Source: Deltaproteobacteria bacterium
GTDB lineage: Bacteria > Myxococcota_A > UBA9160 > SMWR01
Assembly (NCBI GenBank): GCA_004356735.1
Contig: SMWR01000088.1
Coordinates: forward strand, 1-43,441
Direction of reading: 5' to 3'
Length of the DNA: 43,441 nucleotides
The position numbers and the translations under genes are program-made. A model generated the notes under the pieces. The model was not told the origin of the DNA. It did no database searches and saw only the letters and a list, made by a program, of their open reading frames with translations. Of the stretch, positions 26,151 through 36,793 are shown in pieces. Positions within the stretch are counted from its first letter, which is position 1. Every line of letters starts with the position of its first letter.

Positions 26151-28562
26151 TCAGCGGGTCTTGGCCGACGCCATCGACGGTGGGACGGTCGCTGCGGGCG
26201 TCGGCCCCGAGCGGACAAGCGGTGCGCCCAGCGGCCGTTCGAGGGCCGCTTCGAGCACCTCATCCATGTGTTCGACCGGAATGAAGGTGATCTTCTTCTT
26301 GAGATCCGCCGGGATCTCATTCAGGTCCTGGAGGTTCCGGCGCGGAAGCACCACCCGGGTGATGCCGGCTCGCAGCGCCGCCAGGGCCTTCTCGCGCACG
26401 CCGCCAACCGGCAGTACGCGGCCCCGCAGCGTGACTTCGCCCGTCATGGCGACATCGGGCCGCACCGGGATGCGCGTTGCAAGGGATATGATGGCTGTAG
26501 CCATCGCGATGCCGGCCGAAGGGCCGTCCTTGGGAACCGCACCAGCGGGCACATGCACGTGGACCTCACTGCGCGAGAAGATGGCTTCGTCGAAGCCGAG
26601 CTCGCCGCCGCGGCAACGGGCGTAAGTTAACGCCGCGTGGGCGGACTCCTTCATCACGTCGCCCAGCTGTCCCGTCAACACCAGGCCCTTGCCGCTCGTG
26701 AGGGTGGCTTCGATCGTCAGCACCTCACCGCCACTCTCGGTCCAGGCCAGACCGTTGCTGAGCCCCACCTCACCGATCTCGCTGGGGGGTTCGTCCAGGT
26801 ACGGCGCCGGTCCCAGGAACTTCTCGAGTGTGCGCCGGTTGACGGTCACATGCCTCTCGTCGCCCTCGGCCGCCCGCCGGGCCGTCTTGCGACACACCGT
26901 CGCGATCTCGCGCTCCAGATTCCGAACGCCCGCTTCACGGGTGTAGTGGGTAACGATGCGCATCACAGCCGGATCCGACCATTTGATGCGATCGTCGGGA
27001 AGCCCGTTCTCCTTCACCTGGCCCGGGATGAGAAAGGAGCGCGCGATCTCGATCTTCTCTTCCGGCGTGTAGCCCGGGATACGGATCACTTCCATTCGGT
27101 CGCGCAACGCATTGGGAATCGCGTCGAGCATGTTCGCCGTCGTGATGAACATGACCCGCGAGAGATCGAAGGGAACGTTCAAGTAGTGGTCGCTGAAGCT
27201 CACGTTCTGCTCGGGGTCGAGAACCTCCAGCAGGGCCGACGACGGGTCACCTCGGTAGTCGGCTCCCAGCTTGTCGATCTCGTCCAACATGAAGACCGGA
27301 TTGCGGGTGCCCGCCTGCTTGAGGCCCTGGATGATCCGACCCGGCAGCGCCCCCACGTAGGTGCGGCGGTGACCGCGGATCTCGGCCTCGTCTCGCACGC
27401 CACCGAGCGAGATGCGAACGAACTCGCGCCCCAGGGCCCGCGCGATCGACCGACCCAGCGACGTCTTGCCGACACCCGGCGGGCCGGCGAAACACAGAAT
27501 CGGTCCACGCGAGTCACCGCGCAGCTTGCGCACACCCAGGTACTCGAGAATCCGGTCCTTGATGCCTTGCAGATGGGCGTGGTCCTCATCCAGGATCGTC
27601 TTGGCATGGCCGAGATCGAGTCGATCCGGTGACTCCTGGGACCAAGGCAGCTCGACCATCCAATCGAGATAGCTGCGCAGGACGTGCGCCTCAGGACCTT
27701 CCGGATGCATCCGTTCGAGCCTGTGGACCTGCTTCGTCGCCTCGATCAGCGGCTCTTCGGGCAGCCCCGCTTCTTCGATGCGAGCGCGATATTCTTCGGA
27801 CTCGTCGATGCGGGGGTCGGTCTCACCGAGCTCGGCCTGGATCGCCCGCAGCTGCTCACGCAGGTAGGCCTCACGCTGACCGCGGCTCATTTCGTCCTGG
27901 GCCTGGCTCTGGATCTCCGCCTGGACGGTGGTGACCTCGAGCTCGCGCTTCAGCAGGGCATCGACCTTCCGTAGCCGCGCCAGGGGATCCGTGATCTCGA
28001 GGAGTTCCTGGGCTTCGGCCGTCCGCAATTGGAGATGGGCGGCCACCAGGTCCGCCAGTCTGCCGGGCTCGTGCACGTTGGCCGTGACCGACAGCACTTC
28101 GGGGGGCAGGTTCTTGAGGGGCAGCAATTCCTCGACCCGGGAGCGAACCGTGCGCACCAGCGCTTCGACTTCCACGCACCAATCGGTGTCTTCGTCCGCG
28201 GGCAATCCCGTGACCCGCACCCACTGGGCGCGCTCGTGTTCGACAAAGGCATCGATGCGCGCCTTGCCGAGCCCCTGCACCAGTACCTTCACGCGCCCGT
28301 CGCCCATGCGCAGAATGCGCATGACCATGGCCACGGTGCCAACCGGGTAGAGATCCTCGGGCTCGGGGTCTTCGACGTCGGCTTCCCGCTGGGCGGTCAG
28401 CAACAGCAAGCGGTCGCCGGCCAACGCATCCTCGACGGCCGCAATCGAACGCTCGCGCGCCACGAAGAGCGGCAGAGCCATGTAGGGAAAGACCACCATC
28501 TCCCGGAGAGGCAACACCGGAAGCTCATCGGGTACGGACAGCGGCGCACTGAATTCGCTCAT
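26151..28562 (-). CDS. lon: ATP-dependent Lon protease
   Basis: LON N-domain, Walker [10 protein letters not shown] and protease Ser site PKDGPSAG. Confidence 0.95.
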   Translation of the reverse strand: MSEFSAPLSVPDELPVLPLREMVVFPYMALPLFVARERSIAAVEDALAGDRLLLLTAQREADVEDPEPEDLYPVGTVAMVMRILRMGDGRVKVLVQGLGKARIDAFVEHERAQWVRVTGLPADEDTDWCVEVEALVRTVRSRVEELLPLKNLPPEVLSVTANVHEPGRLADLVAAHLQLRTAEAQELLEITDPLARLRKVDALLKRELEVTTVQAEIQSQAQDEMSRGQREAYLREQLRAIQAELGETDPRIDESEEYRARIEEAGLPEEPLIEATKQVHRLERMHPEGPEAHVLRSYLDWMVELPWSQESPDRLDLGHAKTILDEDHAHLQGIKDRILEYLGVRKLRGDSRGPILCFAGPPGVGKTSLGRSIARALGREFVRISLGGVRDEAEIRGHRRTYVGALPGRIIQGLKQAGTRNPVFMLDEIDKLGADYRGDPSSALLEVLDPEQNVSFSDHYLNVPFDLSRVMFITTANMLDAIPNALRDRMEVIRIPGYTPEEKIEIARSFLIPGQVKENGLPDDRIKWSDPAVMRIVTHYTREAGVRNLEREIATVCRKTARRAAEGDERHVTVNRRTLEKFLGPAPYLDEPPSEIGEVGLSNGLAWTESGGEVLTIEATLTSGKGLVLTGQLGDVMKESAHAALTYARCRGGELGFDEAIFSRSEVHVHVPAGAVPKDGPSAGIAMATAIISLATRIPVRPDVAMTGEVTLRGRVLPVGGVREKALAALRAGITRVVLPRRNLQDLNEIPADLKKKITFIPVEHMDEVLEAALERPLGAPLVRSGPTPAATVPPSMASAKTR

Positions 28563-28598
28563 GCCTGCGTTGTCGACGCAGACAACGGCCGACTTGAA

Positions 28599-30665
28599 CT
28601 ATTCCACCGCTACGATGCGGCCGCGCTCGACCCTGAGCAGAAACGGCCGTTTCCGGGCATTTCCGTCGGGCTGCATGCGCAACACGCCGGTGACGCCGGG
28701 GTGCGCCCGAACGGCCAGGATTCCGGTGCGAACCCGCTCACGCACGTCGTCGTCTCCGAAGGAAAAACCCGTGAGCTGGAGCAGGACCAGATTGGTCGCG
28801 TCGTAGGCCTGGGCCGCGAACACGTCCGGCTCCTGGGAGTAGGCGCGCCGGTAGCCGTCGGTGAAGGCGCGCACGAAGAGCAGCTCGCTCGAGACTGGGA
28901 AGTGGGTGGTGAAGATGGCGCCTTCTACGTGCTCCCGGGCGATCTTGACCAGGTCCGAGTGGTGCCATCCGCTGGTTCCCATCAGTCGCGTCTGTTCGGC
29001 CCCGTGGAAGGCGAGCTGGGGCGCGATCAGCACCACCTTCTCGTGGGATTCCGGAATGAACAGCACGTCGAAGTCGACCACGGGCGGCAGCAGCTCGCCA
29101 TTGGGCCCCGTCATCGCCTGGCCTACGAGGCGAAGCGCCGCGGCTTCCTCAGCGGGCAAGCGGCGCGCGCGTCGTTCGAGAGCTTCCCTCTCTTCGAGAG
29201 CTTGCTTCTCCTCCGATGTCAGCAGCACGAAGCCCACCAGACGTCGGATCGGCTCGGCGAAATCGACTGCGTTCGGATCGTAGGACGCCACTCCGACGAT
29301 GCGGCCGCCCTGCTCTTCCACGGCCTCCCAGAACATGCGCCGCAGGCCGCGACCATAGGTGTCGCGGGGATACAAGACGGCGAAGCGCTGGGCACCGAGC
29401 TCCCGAACCGCGTAGTCCACGAGCAAGGCGACCTCCTCGCGCGGCTGAGTGCGCACGCGGAAGACATGCGGGCGGCCGGCGCTCACCGCCTCACTTGCCG
29501 TGAGCGCGAGCAGCGGAACGCTCTCGGACTCGGCGACCGCCGCGGCGGCCTCACATTCCTCCTTCAGGAGCGGACCGATGATTGCCGAAACCTCGAGATC
29601 AGCCAGCTCGCGAACCGCACGCGCCGCCTGCTCGGGGTCCGCGGCGCTATCGCGGATCATCACGCGGACGCGACGTGTGTCGGGCGGCCCCGTCCCGTCA
29701 TCGGCGCCGAAGATTCCCGCCGCCAACAGCACGCCGCGAAGACTCTCTTCCCCGAAGTGGGCAAAGGGACCCGACAGCGGCAACACGACACCGAGAGTTC
29801 CTTCGGCGCCCGCAGTGTCGGCACCACCGAGGTCCGCCAGGTCCTCGATGCGCGGGAGCGCTGCGTCGAAGCTCAGCCCTTCGTCCCGAAGCCTCAGCCG
29901 CTCGCTCACGGTGATGAGCCGCGCCTGGTACAGATCGTCCAGGGGAAGCTTCGAGGCAAGTTTGATGGCGCGTCGCGCCCGATCGATCTCGCCCTGGTCC
30001 AGGGAGAGGTCGGCGGCCTGGAGCAACGCGCGACCCGCCGGGATCTGCCGTCCGATCTGCTCGGCCCCCCGGAACAGATCGATCGCCTCCATTTTCTGGA
30101 TCAGCGTGTCGATCTCGACATCCACCAGGGCGACCGCGTCTTCGTCGCGTTCGGCACGTCGCAAGCGCGACAGCCAACGAAGCTTGCGCGCCGGATCGTC
30201 CGACACGTCCAGCATCAGTCGGAACGCCTCGCGCTGCTCGACGACATTGAGGCGCGAGAGGCGGGCCTGCTTGATCATGGCCGCGGCTGCGAGCGCGTTG
30301 CCCCGCCCGTGTTCGAGACGCGCAATCGCGATTCGAACGGCGTCGACGCTGTCGCTATCGGGATAATTGCTCAGTGTTTGGTGGAAGCGCCGCAGCGCCA
30401 GGTCCTCGTCACCCTGGTCGAGGGCGATCTGGCCGAGGCGCTTGGACGCATCGTCGGCGAGCACGCTGCTGGGAAATCGGGCCAGGAACTCTGTGAACGC
30501 TCGCTCGGCGGCGCCCGGGTCGTCCGCTTGCTGGGACACGGCCGCTGCGTAGGCCCGGCGTTCCTCTTCGCTGGCACGGGGACCGTCGCCTCCCACAAGC
30601 GCAGCACACCCGGAGAGGAGCAAGAAGCCCGACAGGATCGCGGCGGAAGCGCGCCAGCTCATCAA
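28599..30665 (-). CDS. lipoprotein with a TPR-like N-terminal region and a type-I periplasmic-binding-protein domain (LpoA-like penicillin-binding-protein activator)
   Basis: Lipobox LLLSGC. A helical repeat region is followed by a LivK-like domain (LGVVLPLSGPFAHFGE..). Confidence 0.65.
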   Translation of the reverse strand: MMSWRASAAILSGFLLLSGCAALVGGDGPRASEEERRAYAAAVSQQADDPGAAERAFTEFLARFPSSVLADDASKRLGQIALDQGDEDLALRRFHQTLSNYPDSDSVDAVRIAIARLEHGRGNALAAAAMIKQARLSRLNVVEQREAFRLMLDVSDDPARKLRWLSRLRRAERDEDAVALVDVEIDTLIQKMEAIDLFRGAEQIGRQIPAGRALLQAADLSLDQGEIDRARRAIKLASKLPLDDLYQARLITVSERLRLRDEGLSFDAALPRIEDLADLGGADTAGAEGTLGVVLPLSGPFAHFGEESLRGVLLAAGIFGADDGTGPPDTRRVRVMIRDSAADPEQAARAVRELADLEVSAIIGPLLKEECEAAAAVAESESVPLLALTASEAVSAGRPHVFRVRTQPREEVALLVDYAVRELGAQRFAVLYPRDTYGRGLRRMFWEAVEEQGGRIVGVASYDPNAVDFAEPIRRLVGFVLLTSEEKQALEEREALERRARRLPAEEAAALRLVGQAMTGPNGELLPPVVDFDVLFIPESHEKVVLIAPQLAFHGAEQTRLMGTSGWHHSDLVKIAREHVEGAIFTTHFPVSSELLFVRAFTDGYRRAYSQEPDVFAAQAYDATNLVLLQLTGFSFGDDDVRERVRTGILAVRAHPGVTGVLRMQPDGNARKRPFLLRVERGRIVAVE

Positions 30666-31783
30666 TCGAACAGATCCTTCAGTTTCTCGAGGAAACCACG
30701 CGTCACCGGAGACACCTCGGTCCCGCTCTCCTCGGCGAACTCCGCCAGCAGCTCCCGTTGCCGCTTCGTCATCTTCGTCGGAACCTCGACGAAGATATGC
30801 AGAAGCTGGTCGCCGCGAGCCGAATTCCGGATCGAGGGTACACCCTTGCCCCGCAGCCGCAGGGTCTTCCCGGTTTGGGAGCCCTCCGGCACCTTCAGCA
30901 TGACCTTGCCCTCCAGCGTCGGCACCTCGATCTCGTCGCCGAGAGCCGCCTGCACGAACGAGATCGGAACCTGGCAGTGGATGTCGGAGCCTTCGCGTTC
31001 GAACAACGGATGGTCGCGAATCGAGATCACGACGAAGAGGTCACCGGGGGGGCCGCCGGCGATCCCGGCTTCGCCCTCGCCCAACAACCGGAGACGCATC
31101 CCGTCATCGATGCCGGCGGGCACCTTCACCCGGATGTTCTGGCGGCCCTCGCTCCGCCCGGCGCCGCGACATTCGGGGCAGCGCTCACGAACGATCTCGC
31201 CCGCCCCCGCACACTGTTCGCAAGGGCGGCTGATCCGAAAGAAGCCCTGCTGGAGCACGACCTGGCCCGCGCCATGACAACGGCCGCAGGTCTCCGGACG
31301 GGTTCCCGGTCGCACGCCCGAGCCGTCACAGGTTTCGCAGGGGCGCATCTTGGGAATCCGGATCTGGGCTTCCATGCCCTCGAGCACGTCGGTGAGATCA
31401 ATGTCGAGGTTGTAGCGGAGGTCGGCGCCGCGCTGGCCGCGGCCCGTGCGGCGCCCACCACGGCCACCCCCAAACAGATCCCCGAAGAGATCGTTGAACA
31501 GGTCGGTGAAGTTGCCCAGGTCGCCGAAGTCCTGGAATCCCGATTGCCCGCCGCTGGCCCCGACGCCTCCAAAGCCGAAGCGATCGTAGGACCGCCGCTT
31601 GTCCGGGTCCGAGAGGATCGAGTAGGCCTCAGACGCCCCCTTGAAGCGCTCCTCAGCGGCGGAATCGCCCGGATTCCGGTCGGGATGGTTCTCGAGCGCG
31701 ATCTTCCGATAGGCCTTTTTCAGCTCGGCCACTTCGACGCCGCGAGAGACGCCCAGGACTTCGTAGTAATCGCGCTTCGGCAA
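30662..31783 (-). CDS. dnaJ: chaperone DnaJ
   Basis: J domain with HPD, a G/F region, and four CxxCxGxG zinc motifs (CETCDGSG, CGRCHGAG, CEQCAGAG, CPECRGAG). Confidence 0.95.
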   Translation of the reverse strand: MPKRDYYEVLGVSRGVEVAELKKAYRKIALENHPDRNPGDSAAEERFKGASEAYSILSDPDKRRSYDRFGFGGVGASGGQSGFQDFGDLGNFTDLFNDLFGDLFGGGRGGRRTGRGQRGADLRYNLDIDLTDVLEGMEAQIRIPKMRPCETCDGSGVRPGTRPETCGRCHGAGQVVLQQGFFRISRPCEQCAGAGEIVRERCPECRGAGRSEGRQNIRVKVPAGIDDGMRLRLLGEGEAGIAGGPPGDLFVVISIRDHPLFEREGSDIHCQVPISFVQAALGDEIEVPTLEGKVMLKVPEGSQTGKTLRLRGKGVPSIRNSARGDQLLHIFVEVPTKMTKRQRELLAEFAEESGTEVSPVTRGFLEKLKDLFD

Positions 31784-31836
31784 TGGATCAGGGCCTCGAC
31801 GGGGTGAAGGCCCACTGGGGCGGGAACCCGCGGGAA

Positions 31837-33660
31837 CTACTCGGAATCGTCTCCACCGAGCTCGGCGTACAGGACCTCGGTCATTTTGTAAGTGAGGGCC
31901 GACAATTCGTCAACGGCGACTCGCAGTGCGCCGGCGTCCTCGCCCTGTGTGGCCTCCTTGGCAATCTCGAGAGCCTTCTCGATCTCACCCCGGTCGTCCT
32001 CATGCACGTTCTCGGCGAACTCCTCGAGCGTTCGCTCGGTCGAATAGATGAGCCCGTCGGCCCGGTTTCGGAGCTCCACCAGGTCGCGGCGCTGCTGGTC
32101 GGCCTCGCTGTATTCCTCAGCCTCGGAGATCAGCCGATTGACCTCCTCCTCATCGAGTCCGCTCGAGGCCGTGACCTGGACGGCCTGTGACTTGCCCGTT
32201 CCGAGGTCCTTGGCCGAAACGTTCACGACGCCATTGGCGTCGATCTCGAAGTTGACTTCGATCTGGGGCACGCCACGGGGCGCCGGCGGGATGCCCAGCA
32301 GTTCGAAACGGCCCAGGGTCTTGTTGTCCACAGCCATGTCACGCTCACCCTGGATCACGTGGATCCGGACGACCGATTGGTGGTCCTCGGTGGTCGAGAA
32401 GACCTGGGACTTCGACGTTGGAATGGTCGTGTTCCGTTCGATGATCTTGGTCGAAACGCCACCCTGGGTCTCGACGCCCAGCGACAGGGGCGTCACATCC
32501 AGCAACAGCACGTTCTCGACCTCGCCGGTCATGACACCGCCCTGGATGGCGGCGCCGGCCGCAACCACCTCATCGGGATTCACGCCACCGTGGGGTTCTC
32601 GATCGAAAATCTCGCCCACTTTCGCACGCACCGCCGGCATGCGCGTCATACCACCGACGAGGATCACGTCGTCGATCTCGGACGAGGAGATTCCGGCGTC
32701 CGCTAGCGCGATCGTGCAGGGCTCGACCAGCCGCTCCAGCAACCCGGCGCTCAGCTCGTCGAGCTTCTCGCGGGTCAGGGTCATGGCCAGATGCTTGGGC
32801 CCGTCGTCGGTGGCCGCAATGAACGGGAGATTGATGTCGGTCTCAGTGGCCGACGACAGCTCGTGCTTGGCGCGTTCGGCTGCCTCCTTGAGACGCTGCA
32901 GGGCCATCTTGTCGCCGTGAAGATCGATCCCGGCCTCTTCCTGGAAGGAATCCATCAGGTGGTCACAGATCTTCATGTCGAAGTCTTCGCCACCGAGATA
33001 GGTGTCGCCGTTGGTGCTGAGCACCTCGAAAACATCATCGGAGATGTGCAGGATCGAGACGTCGAACGTGCCACCGCCGAGGTCGAACACAGCAACCTTC
33101 TTGTCGTCCTGGCAGCCCAGGCCATAGGCCAGCGCAGCCGCGGTCGGCTCGTTCACGATCCGCAAGACGTTGAGCCCCGCGATCTTGCCCGCGTCCTGGG
33201 TCGCCTGACGTTGGGAGTCGTCGAAGTAGGCGGGCACCGTGATCACGGCGTCTTTGATCGGCTCGCCCAGGTAGTCGGCCACCGTGTCCCTCATCTTGGC
33301 CAGCACCAGGGCCGAGATCTCCTGGGCCGAAACCAGCTTGCCGCCGGCCTGGACCCAGGCGTCGCCGTTGTCGGAGGCCTCGATGCCAAAGGGGGCGATC
33401 TTGGCGAACGAGGTGACTTCCTCGCTGTCGTACTTGCGGCCGATCAGGCGCTTGACGGCATAGATGGTCTGTTCGGGGTTGGTAACGGACTGCCGCTTGG
33501 CGATCTGACCGACCAGCTTGTCGCCGGAAGACGTGATGGCGACGACCGACGGGGTCGTTCGCCCACCCTCGGAGTTCGCGACGATCACGGGCTCACCGTT
33601 GTCGAATAGGGCGACGCACGAGTTCGTGGTTCCGAGATCGATTCCGATGACCTTGCCCAT
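31837..33660 (-). CDS. dnaK: chaperone DnaK (Hsp70)
   Basis: [14 protein letters not shown].., DLGGGTFD, and collinear with Hsp70 throughout. The start is at ATG 33660, behind a GGAGGGGGAAGGG Shine-Dalgarno. Confidence 0.95.
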   Translation of the reverse strand: MGKVIGIDLGTTNSCVALFDNGEPVIVANSEGGRTTPSVVAITSSGDKLVGQIAKRQSVTNPEQTIYAVKRLIGRKYDSEEVTSFAKIAPFGIEASDNGDAWVQAGGKLVSAQEISALVLAKMRDTVADYLGEPIKDAVITVPAYFDDSQRQATQDAGKIAGLNVLRIVNEPTAAALAYGLGCQDDKKVAVFDLGGGTFDVSILHISDDVFEVLSTNGDTYLGGEDFDMKICDHLMDSFQEEAGIDLHGDKMALQRLKEAAERAKHELSSATETDINLPFIAATDDGPKHLAMTLTREKLDELSAGLLERLVEPCTIALADAGISSSEIDDVILVGGMTRMPAVRAKVGEIFDREPHGGVNPDEVVAAGAAIQGGVMTGEVENVLLLDVTPLSLGVETQGGVSTKIIERNTTIPTSKSQVFSTTEDHQSVVRIHVIQGERDMAVDNKTLGRFELLGIPPAPRGVPQIEVNFEIDANGVVNVSAKDLGTGKSQAVQVTASSGLDEEEVNRLISEAEEYSEADQQRRDLVELRNRADGLIYSTERTLEEFAENVHEDDRGEIEKALEIAKEATQGEDAGALRVAVDELSALTYKMTEVLYAELGGDDSE

Positions 33661-33712
33661 CCGGCTGGCCCTTCCCCCTCCGCATCGTGGGGACGGTGCC
33701 GCCACCGGCCGG

Positions 33713-34420
33713 CTATTCGCCGCTACCGCCCCCGTCACCCGATGCGTCGTCTTCTTCCGGTTGCTTCCCCTCGTCGCCTTCGGCCTCGTCCGGCGCCCGG
33801 GTCACGATCACCCGGGTCGGACGCAGGAGCCTGTCCCGCAACATGTATCCCGTCTGCAGCTCCTCGATGACCGTATTCGGGGCCACCGAACCGTCTGGCG
33901 CTTGCGCCATTGCCTCATGCACCGCCGGATCGAAGGCTTTGCCGACGGCCTCGATCCGCACCACTCCGTGCTTCCCGAGGGCCGTCATGAGCTCCCTCTG
34001 CATGAGCTCGACGCCCTGCAGAAGATTCTCAAAATCTTCGCCCTCACTCTCGCGAGCATGGCCAATGGCACGGTCCAGGTTATCGACCGTAGAAAGAAGA
34101 TCCTTGACGAGATTCTGATGGCCGTATTGATTGGCATCGGTGCGCTCTTTGAGCGCACGGCGCTTGAAGTTTTCGAAATCGGCCAGGAGGCGCAACAGCC
34201 GGTCTTCGGTCTCCTTGAGCTGGACGGCCAGCTCATCGGCACCGCTCCCCTCGGGGGCCGCGGTCGCTTTCTCGCGCGCCTCCAGCGAGGCCTCGGCCTC
34301 CTTGAGGGCGGCCTCGAGCTCGGGGTTGGGCGCCAGCGCCCCGGCCGCAGCCGCCTCGGCCACGCCTTCCCAGCCCTCGGCGTCTTCCGTCTCGATCTCG
34401 ATCTTCTTCTTCGGGCTCAT
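33713..34420 (-). CDS. grpE: nucleotide exchange factor GrpE
   Basis: ..[15 protein letters not shown].. is the GrpE signature. The ATG at 34420 overlaps the hrcA stop (ATGA). Confidence 0.9.
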   Translation of the reverse strand: MSPKKKIEIETEDAEGWEGVAEAAAAGALAPNPELEAALKEAEASLEAREKATAAPEGSGADELAVQLKETEDRLLRLLADFENFKRRALKERTDANQYGHQNLVKDLLSTVDNLDRAIGHARESEGEDFENLLQGVELMQRELMTALGKHGVVRIEAVGKAFDPAVHEAMAQAPDGSVAPNTVIEELQTGYMLRDRLLRPTRVIVTRAPDEAEGDEGKQPEEDDASGDGGGSGE

Positions 34421-35481
34421 GCGCAGAGCCTTTCCGTCATGAGAGTGGAGACGTAGTCCACCAAGGGGATGATGCGTCCGAAGTCCATGCGGCTGGGTCC
34501 AATCACCCCCAGCGCACCCAGCGCCTCGTCGGCTCCAGCGCCGCCGTAGGAGGTCGCCACCAGGGCGCACCCGCGTAGCGAGGGATCGTCGATCTCCCGA
34601 CCGATCGCCACGCTGACGCCGTCTTGCTCGAGGATGCCGTCGAGCACCGAGAGCAGACGCTCCTTGGTCTCGATGGCCTCGAACAGATCGCGCAGACGCC
34701 GCGGGTCGTTGAACTCAGGCTGCTCGAGCAGCCCCAGCCGGGTCTCGATCACGAGATCGCCCGCCTGAGGGTCCGTTCCGGCCAGGACGAGACGACCGAT
34801 TTCGACCGCACGGGATTGGAGATCATCGGCTTCGCGCTGCAGCAGCGCCGCCTCGCGGGTCAACAACTCGCGCACCTCCACAAGCGTCCGACCGAGCACG
34901 CGCTCACTGAGAACGGCGGCAACACGATCGAGCTCTCGCTGGTCGATCACGGGCTCGTTGTCGATCACACGGCGATAGGTTGTGCCGGTTCGAGAGATCA
35001 AGACCACCAGCAGGCGCTCGCTCGAGAGCCGCACCAAGCTCACGTGCATGAGCACCACGCGATCGAGCCGCGGCGCTACCACGAAGCCGAGCTGACGGGT
35101 GTGACGACTCAAGATCTCGGAGGCCAGCGGCATCAGATCATCGCCATGGGCATCGTCGAGCTGATAGGCGAGCTCCCGCCGCTGGGACGCCGCCAGACGA
35201 GCGGGAGAGAGCAGCTCGTCTACGAACAGGCGCAGGCCGAACTCCGTCGGAATTCGGCCGGCCGACCGATGCGGCTGCTCCACCAGGCCGAGCTCGGTCA
35301 GCTCGGCCAGGACGCTGCGGATGCTCGCCGACGAGATCGACACGGGCAGCAGGTGGGAGATGGTCTTGGAGCCGATCGGCGAGGCTTCCCCCACGTAGCC
35401 GGTCACCACGGCGCGAAGCACCGAGGCCTGACGCTCGGTCAAGCGGGGCGTGGCCGCTTCGGCCTTCCGGATGGACACCAC
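34417..35481 (-). CDS. hrcA: heat-inducible transcription repressor HrcA
   Basis: Winged-helix N-terminus LTERQASVLRAVVTGYVGEASPIGSKTIS and an HrcA C-domain. GTG start. Confidence 0.9.
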   Translation of the reverse strand: MVSIRKAEAATPRLTERQASVLRAVVTGYVGEASPIGSKTISHLLPVSISSASIRSVLAELTELGLVEQPHRSAGRIPTEFGLRLFVDELLSPARLAASQRRELAYQLDDAHGDDLMPLASEILSRHTRQLGFVVAPRLDRVVLMHVSLVRLSSERLLVVLISRTGTTYRRVIDNEPVIDQRELDRVAAVLSERVLGRTLVEVRELLTREAALLQREADDLQSRAVEIGRLVLAGTDPQAGDLVIETRLGLLEQPEFNDPRRLRDLFEAIETKERLLSVLDGILEQDGVSVAIGREIDDPSLRGCALVATSYGGAGADEALGALGVIGPSRMDFGRIIPLVDYVSTLMTERLCA

Positions 35482-35576
35482 GGAACCTCTCGAACATAGC
35501 CGCTGGAGATCTCAGCTGGATCGGGTCGAAAATTGGTTACCACCGGACCTCAGGACAGTCAATAAACCCTCAGAAA

Positions 35577-36752
35577 TCAAACGAAATACTGGAACACGCT
35601 ATCGGAAAGCAGACGCCCGCGGTCGGTCAGGCAGAGGTCTCCGCCGGGCGCTTCCTCGAGCAGACCCCGCCCCACCAACTCATCGATGGAGGCCTCCCAG
35701 AAACCCCTCGGGGGCGACCCGAACTCGTCCGAGAAACGGGCCGAATCCAGCCCACGGGCGGTTCGGAGGGCCAGGAAGACGGCCTCGCCGCGCGCGGTCG
35801 CCGCATCGAAGATCTCGGCGTCCCGGTCCTCGGCCGATTCAGCGCGCCCCGTGCAATCCAGGTAGCGCGCAAGATCGCGCGTGTTCTGCCGGCGCACGCC
35901 GAAGGGCGCTCGGGCCGAGGGCGGATCGCTCGACACCGCCCCGACCCCGAGACCGAGCACGGGTCGTCGCTCCCAGTAGCGGCGGTTGTGCACCGCCTCG
36001 AAACCCGGCCGCGCAAAGTTCGAGAGCTCGTAGCGGGCATAGCCCGCGGCGGCGAGTCGATGTTCGGCCTGCTCGAGCATCGCCAGCACGCCTGTTTCGT
36101 TGGGACGCCTCAGCTGACCTCGCGCATCGGCGAGGGCGAAGGGCGTGCCCGGCTCGATGCTGAGCTCGTAGAGCGAGACGTGCTCGGGCCCGAAGGCGAC
36201 GGCTTCTTCCAGGTCCCGCTCGAACGCCTCGAGGGCCTGGCCGGGGGCCGCCAGGATCAGGTCCAGGCTGAGCTGGTCAAAGCCCGCCTCGCGAGCCGCT
36301 GCCAGGGCGAGGCGTGCTTCCGCTGCCCGGTGGGCGCGGCCCAGCCGCTTGAGTGTGATGTCGCTAAAGGACTGCACGCCCATGGAGATCCGATTGACGC
36401 CGGCAGCCCGGAAACCGGGCAGGCGCTGGCGCTCGAGGCTGCCAGGATTGGCCTCGAGGGTCACCTCCACGGATCCGGCCGCGTCGAAGGTCTCGTGAAC
36501 CCTGCGGATGATGCGGGCGACGCTGGCCGGTCGCAGCAACGAGGGCGTGCCACCGCCGAGATAGAGGCTCGCCAGACGGCGGCCCGCATAGGACTCCGCA
36601 CGGCGCTCCAGCTCCGACAGCAACGCATCGACGTAGCCCTGCTCCTGGTCGGGCGAGAGCCGCCGGGCGGCCACTACCGCGAAATCGCAATACGGACACA
36701 CACGCTCGCAGAATGGAACGTGGACGTAGACGCCGACGGAGTCGTCGCTCAC
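35577..36752 (-). CDS. hemW: radical SAM heme chaperone HemW (HemN-like, oxygen-independent coproporphyrinogen oxidase family)
   Basis: VYVHVPFCERVCPYCDF contains the CxxxCxxC cluster. I chose the GTG start at 36752; the longer ORF to 36896 is Arg-rich. Confidence 0.9.
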   Translation of the reverse strand: MSDDSVGVYVHVPFCERVCPYCDFAVVAARRLSPDQEQGYVDALLSELERRAESYAGRRLASLYLGGGTPSLLRPASVARIIRRVHETFDAAGSVEVTLEANPGSLERQRLPGFRAAGVNRISMGVQSFSDITLKRLGRAHRAAEARLALAAAREAGFDQLSLDLILAAPGQALEAFERDLEEAVAFGPEHVSLYELSIEPGTPFALADARGQLRRPNETGVLAMLEQAEHRLAAAGYARYELSNFARPGFEAVHNRRYWERRPVLGLGVGAVSSDPPSARAPFGVRRQNTRDLARYLDCTGRAESAEDRDAEIFDAATARGEAVFLALRTARGLDSARFSDEFGSPPRGFWEASIDELVGRGLLEEAPGGDLCLTDRGRLLSDSVFQYFV

Positions 36753-36793
36753 GCCTCGATGATAACCGGCCGCACGGCTATTCTGGCGAGACC

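Noticed and set aside
26078-26320. A 5' extension of the thiL ORF (399 aa) that overlaps the lon 3' end by 170 nt.
   Set aside because: The extension is Arg/Pro-rich and non-homologous. The ThiL-like sequence starts at ..LGEFELIARI, and an in-frame TTG at 26077 gives a normal ~318-aa protein.
28029-31277. A 1082-aa ORF on the + strand. Similar very long ORFs occur at 8354-10102(+), 15250-16374(+), 23709-25028(+), 37043-38662(-) and 38290-39735(+).
   Set aside because: All run antisense to genes with unmistakable family signatures (lon, the LpoA-like gene, dnaJ, the GT8-ELM1 fusion, LLM, the MCP and the M16 peptidase). Their translations are Arg/Gly/Ala/His-rich with no motifs. Stop-codon scarcity in high-GC DNA explains them.
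35482-35576. A CIRCE operator upstream of hrcA.
   Set aside because: I saw no TTAGCACTC/GAGTGCTAA-like inverted repeat. Only a weak GAGATCTC-centred imperfect repeat is present.
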